Part shown: piece after piece, positions 28,282 through 37,879 of the stretch
How the letters are laid out: the number at the start of each line of letters is the position of its first letter
Numbering within the stretch: the stretch's first letter is position 1
From: an uncultured Syntrophomonadaceae bacterium
Lineage (GTDB): Bacteria > Bacillota > Dethiobacteria > DTU022
Assembly (NCBI GenBank): GCA_964467475.1
Contig: CAYXQO010000002.1
Coordinates: 57,787 to 121,786, forward strand
Direction of reading: 5' to 3'
DNA length: 64,000 nt
The notes under the pieces: model-generated
What the model was told of the DNA's origin: nothing
Database searches by the model: none
Seen by the model: only the letters and a program-made list of their open reading frames with translations
Position numbers and translations under genes: made by a program

Positions 28282-29967
28282 CTATTTTAAAACTCCCCGG
28301 GCAAAAGTGCGGTTCACATCTTTTATATCAACTTTAACTTTCTGGCCAACTTTATCTCCCGCGCCTTCTACATTGATCACAAAACCGTGGATCCGGGCTA
28401 TCCCGTGGCTGGGGTTTGTTGAATGCGGCTCCTCGATTTCAAGTTCATGCTCTTCGCCCACCTTAACCGGTAGGGCGAGATCCTGGATCTCTTTTTTACT
28501 GCCCCGGGCAACGATGCGGTACTGCTCAATATGAACATCTTCAGCACCGCGGATAAAAATCTTCCGGTTTAGCTCGTCTTCAAGCTTTTTAAGGTTGCCC
28601 CCACCGCTGCCGATAATAATCGAGGCCACCTCGTGATGCATTTCTACCAGCACGGCTTTGCTGGTTTCATTCTGGAGCTGGTTTTTCAACTCTCCCTCGA
28701 TACGGGTGCTTACCACCAGGGGGGTAAGCACCTTGCCCGAGCCGCTGCAGTAAGGGCAAGCCTGCTGGAGATATTCGGATAAGTCCTGGCGCACTTTTTT
28801 CCTGGTCATCTCCACCAGGCCCAGGTTGGTTAAGCCAAGCACGTAAGTCTTGGTCCGGTCGTTTTTGATTGCACTGCTCAGTTTATCGATCACCTTGCGG
28901 CGGTGATCTTCTAAACTCATATCTATGAAATCAATGATAATAATTCCACCGATATCGCGCAGGCGCACCTGCCGGGCTATTTCCTCAGCCGCTTCCAGGT
29001 TGGTTTTTAAAATCGTCTCAGCCAGGTTGCGCCGACCGATGTAACGCCCCGTATTTACATCGACCACCGTTAAAGCTTCTGTTTCATCGAAAACCAGGTA
29101 CCCGCCGCTTTTTAGCCACACCTGGCGGGCCAAAGCTTTTTCCAGTTCCTTCTCCACGCCGTAGCGCTCAAAGATTGGTTCCTTTTGCTTATAATATTTA
29201 ACCTTGGATTTCAAATGAGGGGAAATATAATCAACAATTTCGTTTACTTTTTCATATTCATGCTTGTCATCAATTAAAAAGCTGCTAAATTCTTCGACAA
29301 AAAGATCTCGGGCAATCCGGCAGGTCAGGGAAAGATCCTGGTATAATATTGCCGGTGCCATTTTCTGATCAAAGCGGGTTAAGATGCGATTCCAAAGCTG
29401 GATCAAAAACTGCAGATCCTGCTCCATTACTTCGGTGTCAACCCCTTCGGCCACAGTTCTTACGATCAAGCCCAGTCCCTCAGGTTTTAAATTTTCTACT
29501 TCCCGGCGCAGCCTTTCCCGCTCAGTCTGGCTTTCAATGCGCCTGGAAACCCCAATATAATCTGCTCCGGGCACTAAAACCAGGTACCGTCCGGGAATGG
29601 TAATCTGCCCTGTCACCCGGGCACCCTTACTGCCAAAGGGTTCCTTGATTACCTGCACCATAATTTCTTCGCCGACTTTCAAAAGTTTATCAATTGAACT
29701 GCGGGCAGGGGGTGCACCTTCTTCATCCCAATCAGTAAACACATCGTCCACATACAAAAATGCATTTTTTTCCAGTCCTATATCCACAAAGGCAGCCTGC
29801 ATTCCCGGCAAAACATTTGCCACGACCCCTTTATAAAGATTCCCGACCACCCGGTGCTGCAGGGGGCGTTCAATATCCAATTCTACCAGTTTGCCGCTTT
29901 CAAGTAGGGCTACCCGGGTAGCCCGGTTATCGCAATTAACAATAATTTTCTTATCCATTAAGTTCAC
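28282..29967 (-). CDS. rng: RNase E/G family ribonuclease (Rng/CafA-like).
   Basis: It has an N-terminal S1 domain (RVVGNLYKGVVANVLPGMQAAFVDIG), a DNase I-like catalytic core and a Zn-link CPxCxGxG motif. Length is 561 aa. Confidence 0.85.
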   Translation of the reverse strand: MNLMDKKIIVNCDNRATRVALLESGKLVELDIERPLQHRVVGNLYKGVVANVLPGMQAAFVDIGLEKNAFLYVDDVFTDWDEEGAPPARSSIDKLLKVGEEIMVQVIKEPFGSKGARVTGQITIPGRYLVLVPGADYIGVSRRIESQTERERLRREVENLKPEGLGLIVRTVAEGVDTEVMEQDLQFLIQLWNRILTRFDQKMAPAILYQDLSLTCRIARDLFVEEFSSFLIDDKHEYEKVNEIVDYISPHLKSKVKYYKQKEPIFERYGVEKELEKALARQVWLKSGGYLVFDETEALTVVDVNTGRYIGRRNLAETILKTNLEAAEEIARQVRLRDIGGIIIIDFIDMSLEDHRRKVIDKLSSAIKNDRTKTYVLGLTNLGLVEMTRKKVRQDLSEYLQQACPYCSGSGKVLTPLVVSTRIEGELKNQLQNETSKAVLVEMHHEVASIIIGSGGGNLKKLEDELNRKIFIRGAEDVHIEQYRIVARGSKKEIQDLALPVKVGEEHELEIEEPHSTNPSHGIARIHGFVINVEGAGDKVGQKVKVDIKDVNRTFARGVLK

Positions 29968-30686
29968 ATCCCTTCAGATAAAGGCTCCAGGGATCCATTA
30001 ACATCCCTGTAAAGCCTTACCCGGTGCAGTTTCCAGTTAGCCTGGCTGGGACGGTCTTCGCCGAGTTCGTGCTCCAGCTGCTCGAGGACAAACCCCGGCG
30101 CTACACCCCCCTGGCTTCCGGTCTGCAAAAGCAAGTTTAATTCCAGGGGATACTCGCTTTCCTGATTGTTCATATAAGCTTCAATAATATACGGACGGAC
30201 ATTGACATAGGTCTGTTTTTTGCCTTTTTTACGCGACCGAGGGGCCAGGATCTCTTCCTTGGACAAAAGCCTTTCCAGGGCTTCTCGGTACAGTTCATAA
30301 TCAACAGTTTCACTTTCATCCAAGATTATCAGGCTAGCCCGGTAGAGAGCAGCAACAACTCTTGAAGGCAGGGCCGGGGCATGTTCATCTTCAACAAATG
30401 CACCGGCAAGCTCCACTCCTTCAGGCAGCTGTCTGGCAAGGGTTCCAAGGAAATTTTTCGGATCTGTTTTTTCGGTTAAAAATACTTCGCCGAATTCTTC
30501 TTCCGCTGTAACATTCACCGGTAGCGGAGCAGCAAGGTTAAAACGAATATGCGGGTTGTAACCTTCGCTGAAGGCAAGCGGTAAGCCGCTTCTCCTTAAG
30601 GCCCGCTGGAAAAGGCGCATCATATCCAGGTGGGAAATATGTTTCAATTGTTCTTTGCGGGCAAATCTAAAACAGATCCTGGTCAT
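29964..30686 (-). CDS. TIGR03936 (DUF2344) radical-SAM-associated protein.
   Basis: This is the conserved partner located downstream of the TIGR03960 radical SAM gene and upstream of rng. The start is probably the MTRICFRF Met. Confidence 0.65.
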   Translation of the reverse strand: MTRICFRFARKEQLKHISHLDMMRLFQRALRRSGLPLAFSEGYNPHIRFNLAAPLPVNVTAEEEFGEVFLTEKTDPKNFLGTLARQLPEGVELAGAFVEDEHAPALPSRVVAALYRASLIILDESETVDYELYREALERLLSKEEILAPRSRKKGKKQTYVNVRPYIIEAYMNNQESEYPLELNLLLQTGSQGGVAPGFVLEQLEHELGEDRPSQANWKLHRVRLYRDVNGSLEPLSEGM

Positions 30687-32466
30687 GTGCTGCTTCCTCC
30701 GGTGTTCTTTGTTCAAGTGATTTTTGATGCTCCCTGATCAATATTTCTTTATCTACCCCACAATGAAGATGATCCCAGGGCAGGTACTCCTCGTGGGCAA
30801 AACGGCGATAAGCGTAATGCTCGGCATCCACCTCCATCTCTCTGAAGGCCTCTTGCCATAAATCAAAGGAAAAATGCTCCGACCAGCCGTCAAACCGGCA
30901 GCCCAACTGCCAGGCCCGCTCTATGACAGGTGCCAGACTACGGTCTCCCCGGGCAAATACAGCTTCCAAAAAGCTGGACCCGGCATCATGCCAGCTATAA
31001 TCGACACCGGGCAATTTTTTAAAACTTTTGCGCAGGATGTCCTGGCGTTTGTGAACTTCGGGCATGGTAAGCTGAGGTTCCCACTGGAACGGGGTATGTG
31101 CTTTGGGAACAAAAGTGGATACACTCACATTAATTGTTATCTTTCGCTTTGTCTTTTGCTTGAAGTGCTGCCTGAGCCTGCCGCATAAATTGACAATCTC
31201 CTCGACATCTGCTTCCTCTTCGCCCGGCAGGCCGATCATAAAGTAAAATTTGAAACCCTGCCAACCCGCATCAATAGCATCACTAAGTGCTGTAAGAATT
31301 TCTTCCTCGGAAATATTTTTCCTGATAACCTTACGCAACCTTTCTGTTGCCGCTTCCGGCGCAAAAGTGAGATTGCTTTTTTTACCCTGATGCAGTTTGT
31401 CGGCCAACTTAATCGAGTACGAATCAAGGCGCAGCGAGGGCAGGCTGCACTTGACTCTTTCTTGGGACAACTCCCTGTCGAGATCGTTGATTAATCTTTC
31501 AAGCTGCGGATAATCTGTGCTGCTGAGTGAAACCAGGGAAAGCTCCTCATAACCAGTGTTGTTAATTAACTGTCTTGCTGTTTCAAACAGCTGTTCCCGG
31601 CTGCGCCGCCTGACAGGCCTGAAGATGTAACCGGCCTGGCAAAAACGGCATCCACGGCTGCACCCGCGAAACAACTCTATTACAGCCCGGTCATGCACAG
31701 TCTGGATGTAAGAGACCAGTGGCGCCGTCGGGTATGGAGCGGTATCAAGTTCTTCAACCAGCTTTTTGTTAACCATTTCCGGAGCCCGGGAATCCAGTCT
31801 TTTCATCCCACAAAAATTACTGCCGGAATAAACCGGGCAGTAAAGGGAAGGCACATAGATCCCTTCTTGTGAAGCCAGGCGGGCTAAGATTTCCTGCCGG
31901 GGGTGTCCCTGCTGCCTCAAGTCCTTGTACAGGGAGAGCACTTCGGGAAGGCATTCTTCAGCTTCACCAAGAAAAAATAAGTCAAAAAACGGGGCCAGGG
32001 GTTCGGGGTTAAACGCACAAGGTCCCCCTCCGATAACCAGGGGATCGGTTTCACTACGCTGTTCACTGTAAAGGGGTATTTTAGCCAAATCGAGCATATT
32101 CAGCACGTTGCTATAACTCAACTCGTACTGGAGTGAAAACCCGACCACATCAAAATCCCTTACCGGTTTATGGCTTTCCAGGGCAAACAAAGGCAGGCCG
32201 CTATTTCGCAAGCAATCTTCCATATCGGCCGCCGGGGAAAAAACCCTTTCCATGAGCATATCGGGATGCCTGTTGACACTTTCATAAAGGATTTTCAGGC
32301 CCTGGTTAGACATGCCTACTTCGTAAAGATCGGGAAAAGCAAACGCAAAGCGCAAATCTACCCCGGCATGCCCTTTAATCACGGCATTCCATTCATTGCC
32401 CATGTAGCGGGCCGGTTTCCAAACCTGCTCAATAAGCTGTTTAATTTTTGATTCCCGGGTTTGCAT
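30667..32466 (-). CDS. TIGR03960-type radical SAM protein (B12-binding-like N-terminal domain plus radical SAM core).
   Basis: It has a CxxxCxxC motif (CSRGCRFCQAG), is 599 aa long, and lies in the conserved rng neighbourhood. Confidence 0.75.
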   Translation of the reverse strand: MQTRESKIKQLIEQVWKPARYMGNEWNAVIKGHAGVDLRFAFAFPDLYEVGMSNQGLKILYESVNRHPDMLMERVFSPAADMEDCLRNSGLPLFALESHKPVRDFDVVGFSLQYELSYSNVLNMLDLAKIPLYSEQRSETDPLVIGGGPCAFNPEPLAPFFDLFFLGEAEECLPEVLSLYKDLRQQGHPRQEILARLASQEGIYVPSLYCPVYSGSNFCGMKRLDSRAPEMVNKKLVEELDTAPYPTAPLVSYIQTVHDRAVIELFRGCSRGCRFCQAGYIFRPVRRRSREQLFETARQLINNTGYEELSLVSLSSTDYPQLERLINDLDRELSQERVKCSLPSLRLDSYSIKLADKLHQGKKSNLTFAPEAATERLRKVIRKNISEEEILTALSDAIDAGWQGFKFYFMIGLPGEEEADVEEIVNLCGRLRQHFKQKTKRKITINVSVSTFVPKAHTPFQWEPQLTMPEVHKRQDILRKSFKKLPGVDYSWHDAGSSFLEAVFARGDRSLAPVIERAWQLGCRFDGWSEHFSFDLWQEAFREMEVDAEHYAYRRFAHEEYLPWDHLHCGVDKEILIREHQKSLEQRTPEEAAHDQDLF

Positions 32467-32751
32467 GATAACACATCACTATTCGAAACAGGCCCGGGAT
32501 AAAGGCCTGAAAATTATTGACCGTGGCCTGGCAAAAAATTGCCTATTAAAATATCTGTACATCCATTACCGAATTATCGATTAATTGCCTGAAATAATTA
32601 TTTCTTAGCTGATCTTTCAGGCAGAAATTGCTTTATGGAATAAAGGGACAAGGAACCTGTCCCCTTGCCCCAATCACTTCCTTATCCCTTTTTCCACTTC
32701 ATACATTCAAATCCTATAATACCATATCATTCCTATTTTGATAAGAGTCCC

Positions 32752-33450
32752 TTAGAGCAGGCCTTTCTCCCGAAAACTAAAGAAACATCCGTCTCCGATA
32801 ATGATGTGATCACGCACGGCAATACCCAGTATCTTACCGGCATCGACCAGGCGCCTGGTCACTTCCAAGTCTTCCTGGCTTGGTGCAGGATCTCCGCTGG
32901 GATGATTATGAAATAAAACCACGGAAGCGGCACTCTTGCGCAAAGGAATGGTAAATATCTCGCGCGGATGGACAATGGAAGCACTCAAACTACCTACCGA
33001 TATTTCTTCCCTGGATATAACCCGGTTCTTTGTATTCAACAAAAGAATTTTAAAATATTCCTTCTTCTTGTAGCGCAGTTCTTCGATAAACAAATCCGCT
33101 GCCTGCCTGGGGGTGGTAATGGCGCAGGCTTCTTCCCGAGGTGTGGTAGCCAGGCGACTGCCCAGTTCCAGGGCAGCCTTAATCGTTACAGCCTTATCGG
33201 GGCCAATGCCCTTGTTCTCTTGCAGGTCCTCCAGGGACAAATCAGGGAGGTTGCGCAACCCACCTTCCTTAGAAATAACCTTTGTTGCCAGTTGGACTGC
33301 TGATTCGTTTTTGTTACCGGACCTGAGAAGAATCGCCAACAACTCGGCATTAGAAAGGGCACCTGCCCCTAGAGCCCTCAGTTTTTCCCGGGGCCTTTCT
33401 TCAAGGGGTAAATCCTTAATCATGATTGATTCTTTATCCATTACCGCCAT
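32752..33450 (-). CDS. radC: RadC-family JAB/MPN domain protein.
   Basis: It has an N-terminal HhH and a JAMM motif (HNHPSGDPAPSQED). Confidence 0.85.
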   Translation of the reverse strand: MAVMDKESIMIKDLPLEERPREKLRALGAGALSNAELLAILLRSGNKNESAVQLATKVISKEGGLRNLPDLSLEDLQENKGIGPDKAVTIKAALELGSRLATTPREEACAITTPRQAADLFIEELRYKKKEYFKILLLNTKNRVISREEISVGSLSASIVHPREIFTIPLRKSAASVVLFHNHPSGDPAPSQEDLEVTRRLVDAGKILGIAVRDHIIIGDGCFFSFREKGLL

Positions 33451-34034
33451 CCTTTCTCATTAAACCAGGTTGGTACTTGCATCCGTACGAGGAATTCAAA
33501 GAGCAACCCCAGGGGCAACCCGACCACGTTAAAATAACAGCCATCAACCCTATCCACAAACAAAGCGGCGCGTCCCTGGATTCCATATCCTCCGGCCTTG
33601 TCCATCGGTTCGCCGGTAGCGACATAACTGTTGATCTGTTCATCCGTTAATGTTTTCATCCAGACGTAAGTTTTAGCAAAACCGTTTTCAGAAGTACCAG
33701 TATCAGCATTAACCAGCGCAATTCCTGAAAGAACCAGGTGTCTGGTCCCACTCAATTGCCTTAGCATTTGGGCGGCTTCCTCAGTGTTTAAAGGTTTGCC
33801 CAGGACTGAGTTTCCGGATACAACCACTGTGTCGGCAGCCAGGATATACCCGCTTTCAACTTTACCGGAAACAGAAGCAGCTTTCTCGAGGGCAAGCCTG
33901 GTCACCATTTCTTCGCAAGAAACCCCTTCTACCATCTCTTCTGCAATTGATGGCTCAATAACCGTAAACGGGATGCCCACCTGGTGAAGTAATTCCGCCC
34001 GGCGCGGGGAAGCGGAAGCTAGGAAGATATTCAT
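33441..34034 (-). CDS. maf: Maf-like nucleoside triphosphate pyrophosphatase.
   Basis: The sequence MNIFLASASPRRAELL ... is Maf-typical; the gene overlaps the start of radC. Confidence 0.85.
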   Translation of the reverse strand: MNIFLASASPRRAELLHQVGIPFTVIEPSIAEEMVEGVSCEEMVTRLALEKAASVSGKVESGYILAADTVVVSGNSVLGKPLNTEEAAQMLRQLSGTRHLVLSGIALVNADTGTSENGFAKTYVWMKTLTDEQINSYVATGEPMDKAGGYGIQGRAALFVDRVDGCYFNVVGLPLGLLFEFLVRMQVPTWFNEKGWR

Positions 34035-34609
34035 CGCGGAGTACCTGTTCCTGTTTGTTTAATCATTCTGGCCGTCACTCCTTCTAAGTAATTGGCGGCA
34101 AGGCCCGTAAAAATACCGGTAGGCACCGAGAGAAGCATTAAAAAAGGAAAATACCCTTTGAGCAAATCAAAGCTGGCAATAATCATGCTGGCCATGGATA
34201 GTTGGACCAGATTGTGCACGGCTGCCCCGGTAACACTAACTGATAACAGGCTAACCATTCCTTTATTACGAAATAACAACACCAGGGCCATAGCCAGGCA
34301 GCTAATCACCCCGGCGGTTACGCTTAACCAAAACCCAAAACCGAAAAGCCCGCCGACAAATATACTGCCCAATACGGAGCGCAATACAGCCACGAGCAAT
34401 CCGCTGCGCAGGCCGAACAAAATTAAGGTTAGCAAGGTTATGATATTAGCCAGGCCAATGCGAACTCCGGGAACAGGCATCGGTAAAGGCATAGCCGCTT
34501 CCACGGTATGGATAACCACGGCAAATGTAATCAAAAGAGCAATGTAGATTAAATAATTTAAACGGCTTCGCATCTGCAAGCCCGGGTTCTGCATAAATAT
34601 ACCTCGCAA
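34031..34609 (-). CDS. Gx transporter family (heptaprenyl-diphosphate-synthase component I-like) membrane protein.
   Basis: The small polytopic membrane protein has the conserved GxxxG-rich helices typical of the family that co-occurs with ApbE. Confidence 0.5.
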   Translation of the reverse strand: MRGIFMQNPGLQMRSRLNYLIYIALLITFAVVIHTVEAAMPLPMPVPGVRIGLANIITLLTLILFGLRSGLLVAVLRSVLGSIFVGGLFGFGFWLSVTAGVISCLAMALVLLFRNKGMVSLLSVSVTGAAVHNLVQLSMASMIIASFDLLKGYFPFLMLLSVPTGIFTGLAANYLEGVTARMIKQTGTGTPR

Positions 34610-34650
34610 TCGTATCCGCCCTGGAAAACACCCGGGGAACCCTCTGCAGT

Positions 34651-35721
34651 TTAGCGAAGTTCAATGATTTCTTCCAGGCCGCTCGAATACTCTATATCAA
34701 GCTCGGGGGTAACCAAGACTCCCTCTACCCCTTCTTTTTGTTCAATAATTTGCATCCCCTGTTCCCGGCCGAGCACAAAAATGGTCGTGGAAAGGACATC
34801 CGCCTCAAGGACAGAATCGGCGACGATGGTCACACTGGCCAATTCCCTCGCCGGCATTCCGGTTTCCGGGTCAAGGAGATGATGGTAATGAACGCCGTCT
34901 TCCTCAAAAGAGCGTTCATAGTCTCCTGAAGTAGCCACTGCCTTGTCAGAAACAGGAAGAACCGCGAGCATTTTCTGCTCCTGCCTTGGGTTGCGCACTC
35001 CAATACGCCAGGGGTCATCCTCGGGCCTACTGCCGATTAAACCAATATCACCCCCGGCGTTAACAAATGCATGTTCCACTCCATGGTTAGTAAGCACTTC
35101 CATTGCCCTGTCGACAATAAAACCTTTGGCAATACCACCCAACTCGAGAGCCATATCATCCTCAGGCAGGTAAACAGCAGAGTTTTTTTGATCAAGTTCT
35201 ATTTCCCGGTAGTCCACCAGGGTCAGCTTTTGATTAAGCTGTTCTTCAGAGGGAACCCGGTATTCATGGCCCAAAAAACCCCAGGCATCGGTCACAGGGG
35301 CAATTGTAGGATCAAAAGCACCGCCGCTTAATTCGGCATATTCCAACGCTTTTTCAGCAACGTAAAAAACCTCCGGGCTTACCTCCACCGGTTTTTGACC
35401 GGCCTTTTCATTCAAGTTGTAAATATCGCTGTTTTCCAGGGTGCGATCAAACAGGCGTTCCAGACGCTCCATCTCACTAAATACTTCTTCCTTGATCTGT
35501 CCGGCTCTTCTCTCCCCGGTAGTTTGAAAACGAATCTCAACCATAGTATCCATAGTCAGGTGGGTGTAATCATAAGTATTTACCGCATAAAAAGCATTAT
35601 AGTAAAAGTAGCCACCAAGAATTAGCAAGACTACTATGGGAACCATATAAATTGATTTAAGAAATCTATTGTTAAAAATTGCTTTTTTGCTGCTCATTTC
35701 TTGCTGATCTCGCTCGGACAA
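34651..35721 (-). CDS. apbE: FAD:protein FMN transferase ApbE, membrane anchored.
   Basis: It has the ApbE fold (DPTIAPVTDAWG, GGIAKG, TSGDYERSF ... HHLLDPETG) and an N-terminal TM anchor. Confidence 0.8.
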   Translation of the reverse strand: MSERDQQEMSSKKAIFNNRFLKSIYMVPIVVLLILGGYFYYNAFYAVNTYDYTHLTMDTMVEIRFQTTGERRAGQIKEEVFSEMERLERLFDRTLENSDIYNLNEKAGQKPVEVSPEVFYVAEKALEYAELSGGAFDPTIAPVTDAWGFLGHEYRVPSEEQLNQKLTLVDYREIELDQKNSAVYLPEDDMALELGGIAKGFIVDRAMEVLTNHGVEHAFVNAGGDIGLIGSRPEDDPWRIGVRNPRQEQKMLAVLPVSDKAVATSGDYERSFEEDGVHYHHLLDPETGMPARELASVTIVADSVLEADVLSTTIFVLGREQGMQIIEQKEGVEGVLVTPELDIEYSSGLEEIIELR

Positions 35722-35764
35722 ACCTTATCGTTCCACCTTTTTATATTTAACAGCCCAATTAATC

Positions 35765-37720
35765 TTACCGGCCATAATAAAAGATCACTACCATGACTGC
35801 ACCAAGTAATAATGCAAGGATCAATTGATCGAAGTTTAAATTCTTAGAGGTCCACTCTACCGGGTTGAAGCGAAGCCTACGCCTGATCTCCTCTTCTTCC
35901 TCTTCACTTCTTTCACCGGTGCTATCAGCCATTTTCCGCATCGCTTCTCCTGTTTTCAGGTAACCCTCATCAATGCTTTGATCCAGCTGCCTGGAACGGT
36001 CAGCGAAATGACGTGCAGCATCGCCGGTTTTACTGTATCCTTCGTCAATCGCCTGATCCAGGTAACGGGTACGCTCGGCAAGCCCGCGCCCGATTTCCGA
36101 AGAACGCTCAAAAGTTCTGTCAATTCCCCGGTCAAGGGTAGTGATATACTGGCAAAATTCATAAAGCCTCCGGCCTGATTTCATGTAGAGGTTATCTACA
36201 GAGGAATCAATTGTTGAACCGTACTGGCAAAACCGGTTATACATTCTTTGTCCCAGGGGCTTGAAAATGAGGTACTCCACACTAACCCAGGGTGGTAAAT
36301 GAATGCCTTTCTTAAGCAGGTTGGATAAATTTAAGAAAAGCAGCAGCCCGGCTATGCCAAGCTGTGAGGCACCCCAAATCCCGTCAAGGGTGTAAATACC
36401 GGTAACCTTCGAAGCATAAGGAATCAGGGGGGATATTAACTGCGGGTATATTCCCAGGATGATGCAAAATGCAGCTGTCCCAAGAATAGCCACCTGGCCG
36501 GACAAAGGTACTTTATTAGTTATTTTCGCTCGTCCTTTAATAAACCCAAAACCGATTAACTTACAAAATGAAGCTGCCGTGCCAATACTGGCCACCATTA
36601 ACATTATTTCAGCCGGTCCCATATCATAAAAAGCATATTTTAACAGGTACTTACTGACATACCCGTTGAAAAGCGGCATGCCGGCAATAGCCAGGGCCCC
36701 GACAATCCCGCCAAAAGTGACCAGGGGCATAGCTTTCCAAATGCTCTGCTTTTCTTTCTCCTCTTCTTCTGAATCCTCATGGATTAAATCATGCAAATCC
36801 TCTGTTCCCGTGGCATATAAAACCCCGCCCACGCTCATAAACAACAGCGCCTTATAGAGCATATGGTTGACCACGTGCAGAAGCGCTCCATCTGTAGCCA
36901 TTTCGGTCGCCAAACCTACCCCGGCAACCATGTAGCCCACCTGGCTGATAATATGGTAAGACAACAGTCGGCGCATATTATGCTGCAGCATCGCCATGGT
37001 TACCCCGGCAACTGCCATGGAAGCCCCCATGTACATGATCACTTCATTAGGGGGCAGCATCCGGGCAATAGCAAATACACCAATTTTCGTAGTCAACCCG
37101 GCAAGGATTACACTGGAAGGAAAATTAGCCGATGGATACCCGCGGGCCACCCACAAATGAAAGGGCAGAAAAGCTGCTTTGAATCCAAAGCCGAGAATGA
37201 AAAAGGGCAGCCCGGCCTGGGGCTGGGTTAACATAAAATTTCCGGCCTCTTGGAAATGAAGGAGAATCCCCAGTAATACGATTAACCCGCCAGCTAAGTG
37301 AAAGGAAAGAAAATATAGCCCGGCATAACTTGCCTCCGGGGTTTTCCGCAACAAAATCAACCCGGCTGTAGACAAAGTAAGCATTTCCCAGAAAATAAAA
37401 AGAGTAATAAAATTATCGGAAAACACAATTCCGATGGCACTGGCCAGAGCGGCCAGGGCAACGGCTTGTTCGCTTGGCTTAGATAGCTGAAGCCCGTAAA
37501 GCAGGGATAAAGAACCGACCAGGGTAAACCCAAGCACAGCTATCCTGCTGTAGGAATGTTCGTCAAAAGAGATCGGGGCCAGCACTGCATCGCCCAGCAC
37601 AAGCCGCCCCAGCTCCACACCGGTCCAATCGTAGTAGGCAAGGTAAAGCAGGGCACCGATTACACCCAGCATTAAAAAGTATCTTAAACCCCTCGGCCCT
37701 AACAGAACACCGGGGATCAA
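35765..37720 (-). CDS. Divergent MrpD/NuoL-like proton-pumping antiporter subunit with a long C-terminal extension.
   Basis: It has the PF00361-type 14-TM core, but the WLPDAH motif is replaced by HLWVARGYPSANFPSS. There is an acidic insertion (HEDSEEEEKEKQ). A C-terminal hydrophilic extension of about 170 aa holds three copies of a 25-aa repeat of the form LDxxIDEGYxKTGxAxR and ends in a single TM helix (NLNFDQLILALLLGAVMVVIFYYGR). Confidence 0.7.
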   Translation of the reverse strand: MIPGVLLGPRGLRYFLMLGVIGALLYLAYYDWTGVELGRLVLGDAVLAPISFDEHSYSRIAVLGFTLVGSLSLLYGLQLSKPSEQAVALAALASAIGIVFSDNFITLFIFWEMLTLSTAGLILLRKTPEASYAGLYFLSFHLAGGLIVLLGILLHFQEAGNFMLTQPQAGLPFFILGFGFKAAFLPFHLWVARGYPSANFPSSVILAGLTTKIGVFAIARMLPPNEVIMYMGASMAVAGVTMAMLQHNMRRLLSYHIISQVGYMVAGVGLATEMATDGALLHVVNHMLYKALLFMSVGGVLYATGTEDLHDLIHEDSEEEEKEKQSIWKAMPLVTFGGIVGALAIAGMPLFNGYVSKYLLKYAFYDMGPAEIMLMVASIGTAASFCKLIGFGFIKGRAKITNKVPLSGQVAILGTAAFCIILGIYPQLISPLIPYASKVTGIYTLDGIWGASQLGIAGLLLFLNLSNLLKKGIHLPPWVSVEYLIFKPLGQRMYNRFCQYGSTIDSSVDNLYMKSGRRLYEFCQYITTLDRGIDRTFERSSEIGRGLAERTRYLDQAIDEGYSKTGDAARHFADRSRQLDQSIDEGYLKTGEAMRKMADSTGERSEEEEEEIRRRLRFNPVEWTSKNLNFDQLILALLLGAVMVVIFYYGR

Positions 37721-37879
37721 TAACAGTGGTATGCCTATACCCGCTATAACAAATATGTCGATTTCTCATCACTCCATTACAATGCGATTCTGCTTAACAT
37801 TGTTGTAGTTGATATACTCGATAAAGTCAAGCATAGCATAATTTATTTTTTGTTTTACTATGTCTACTCGGCCAAAAAC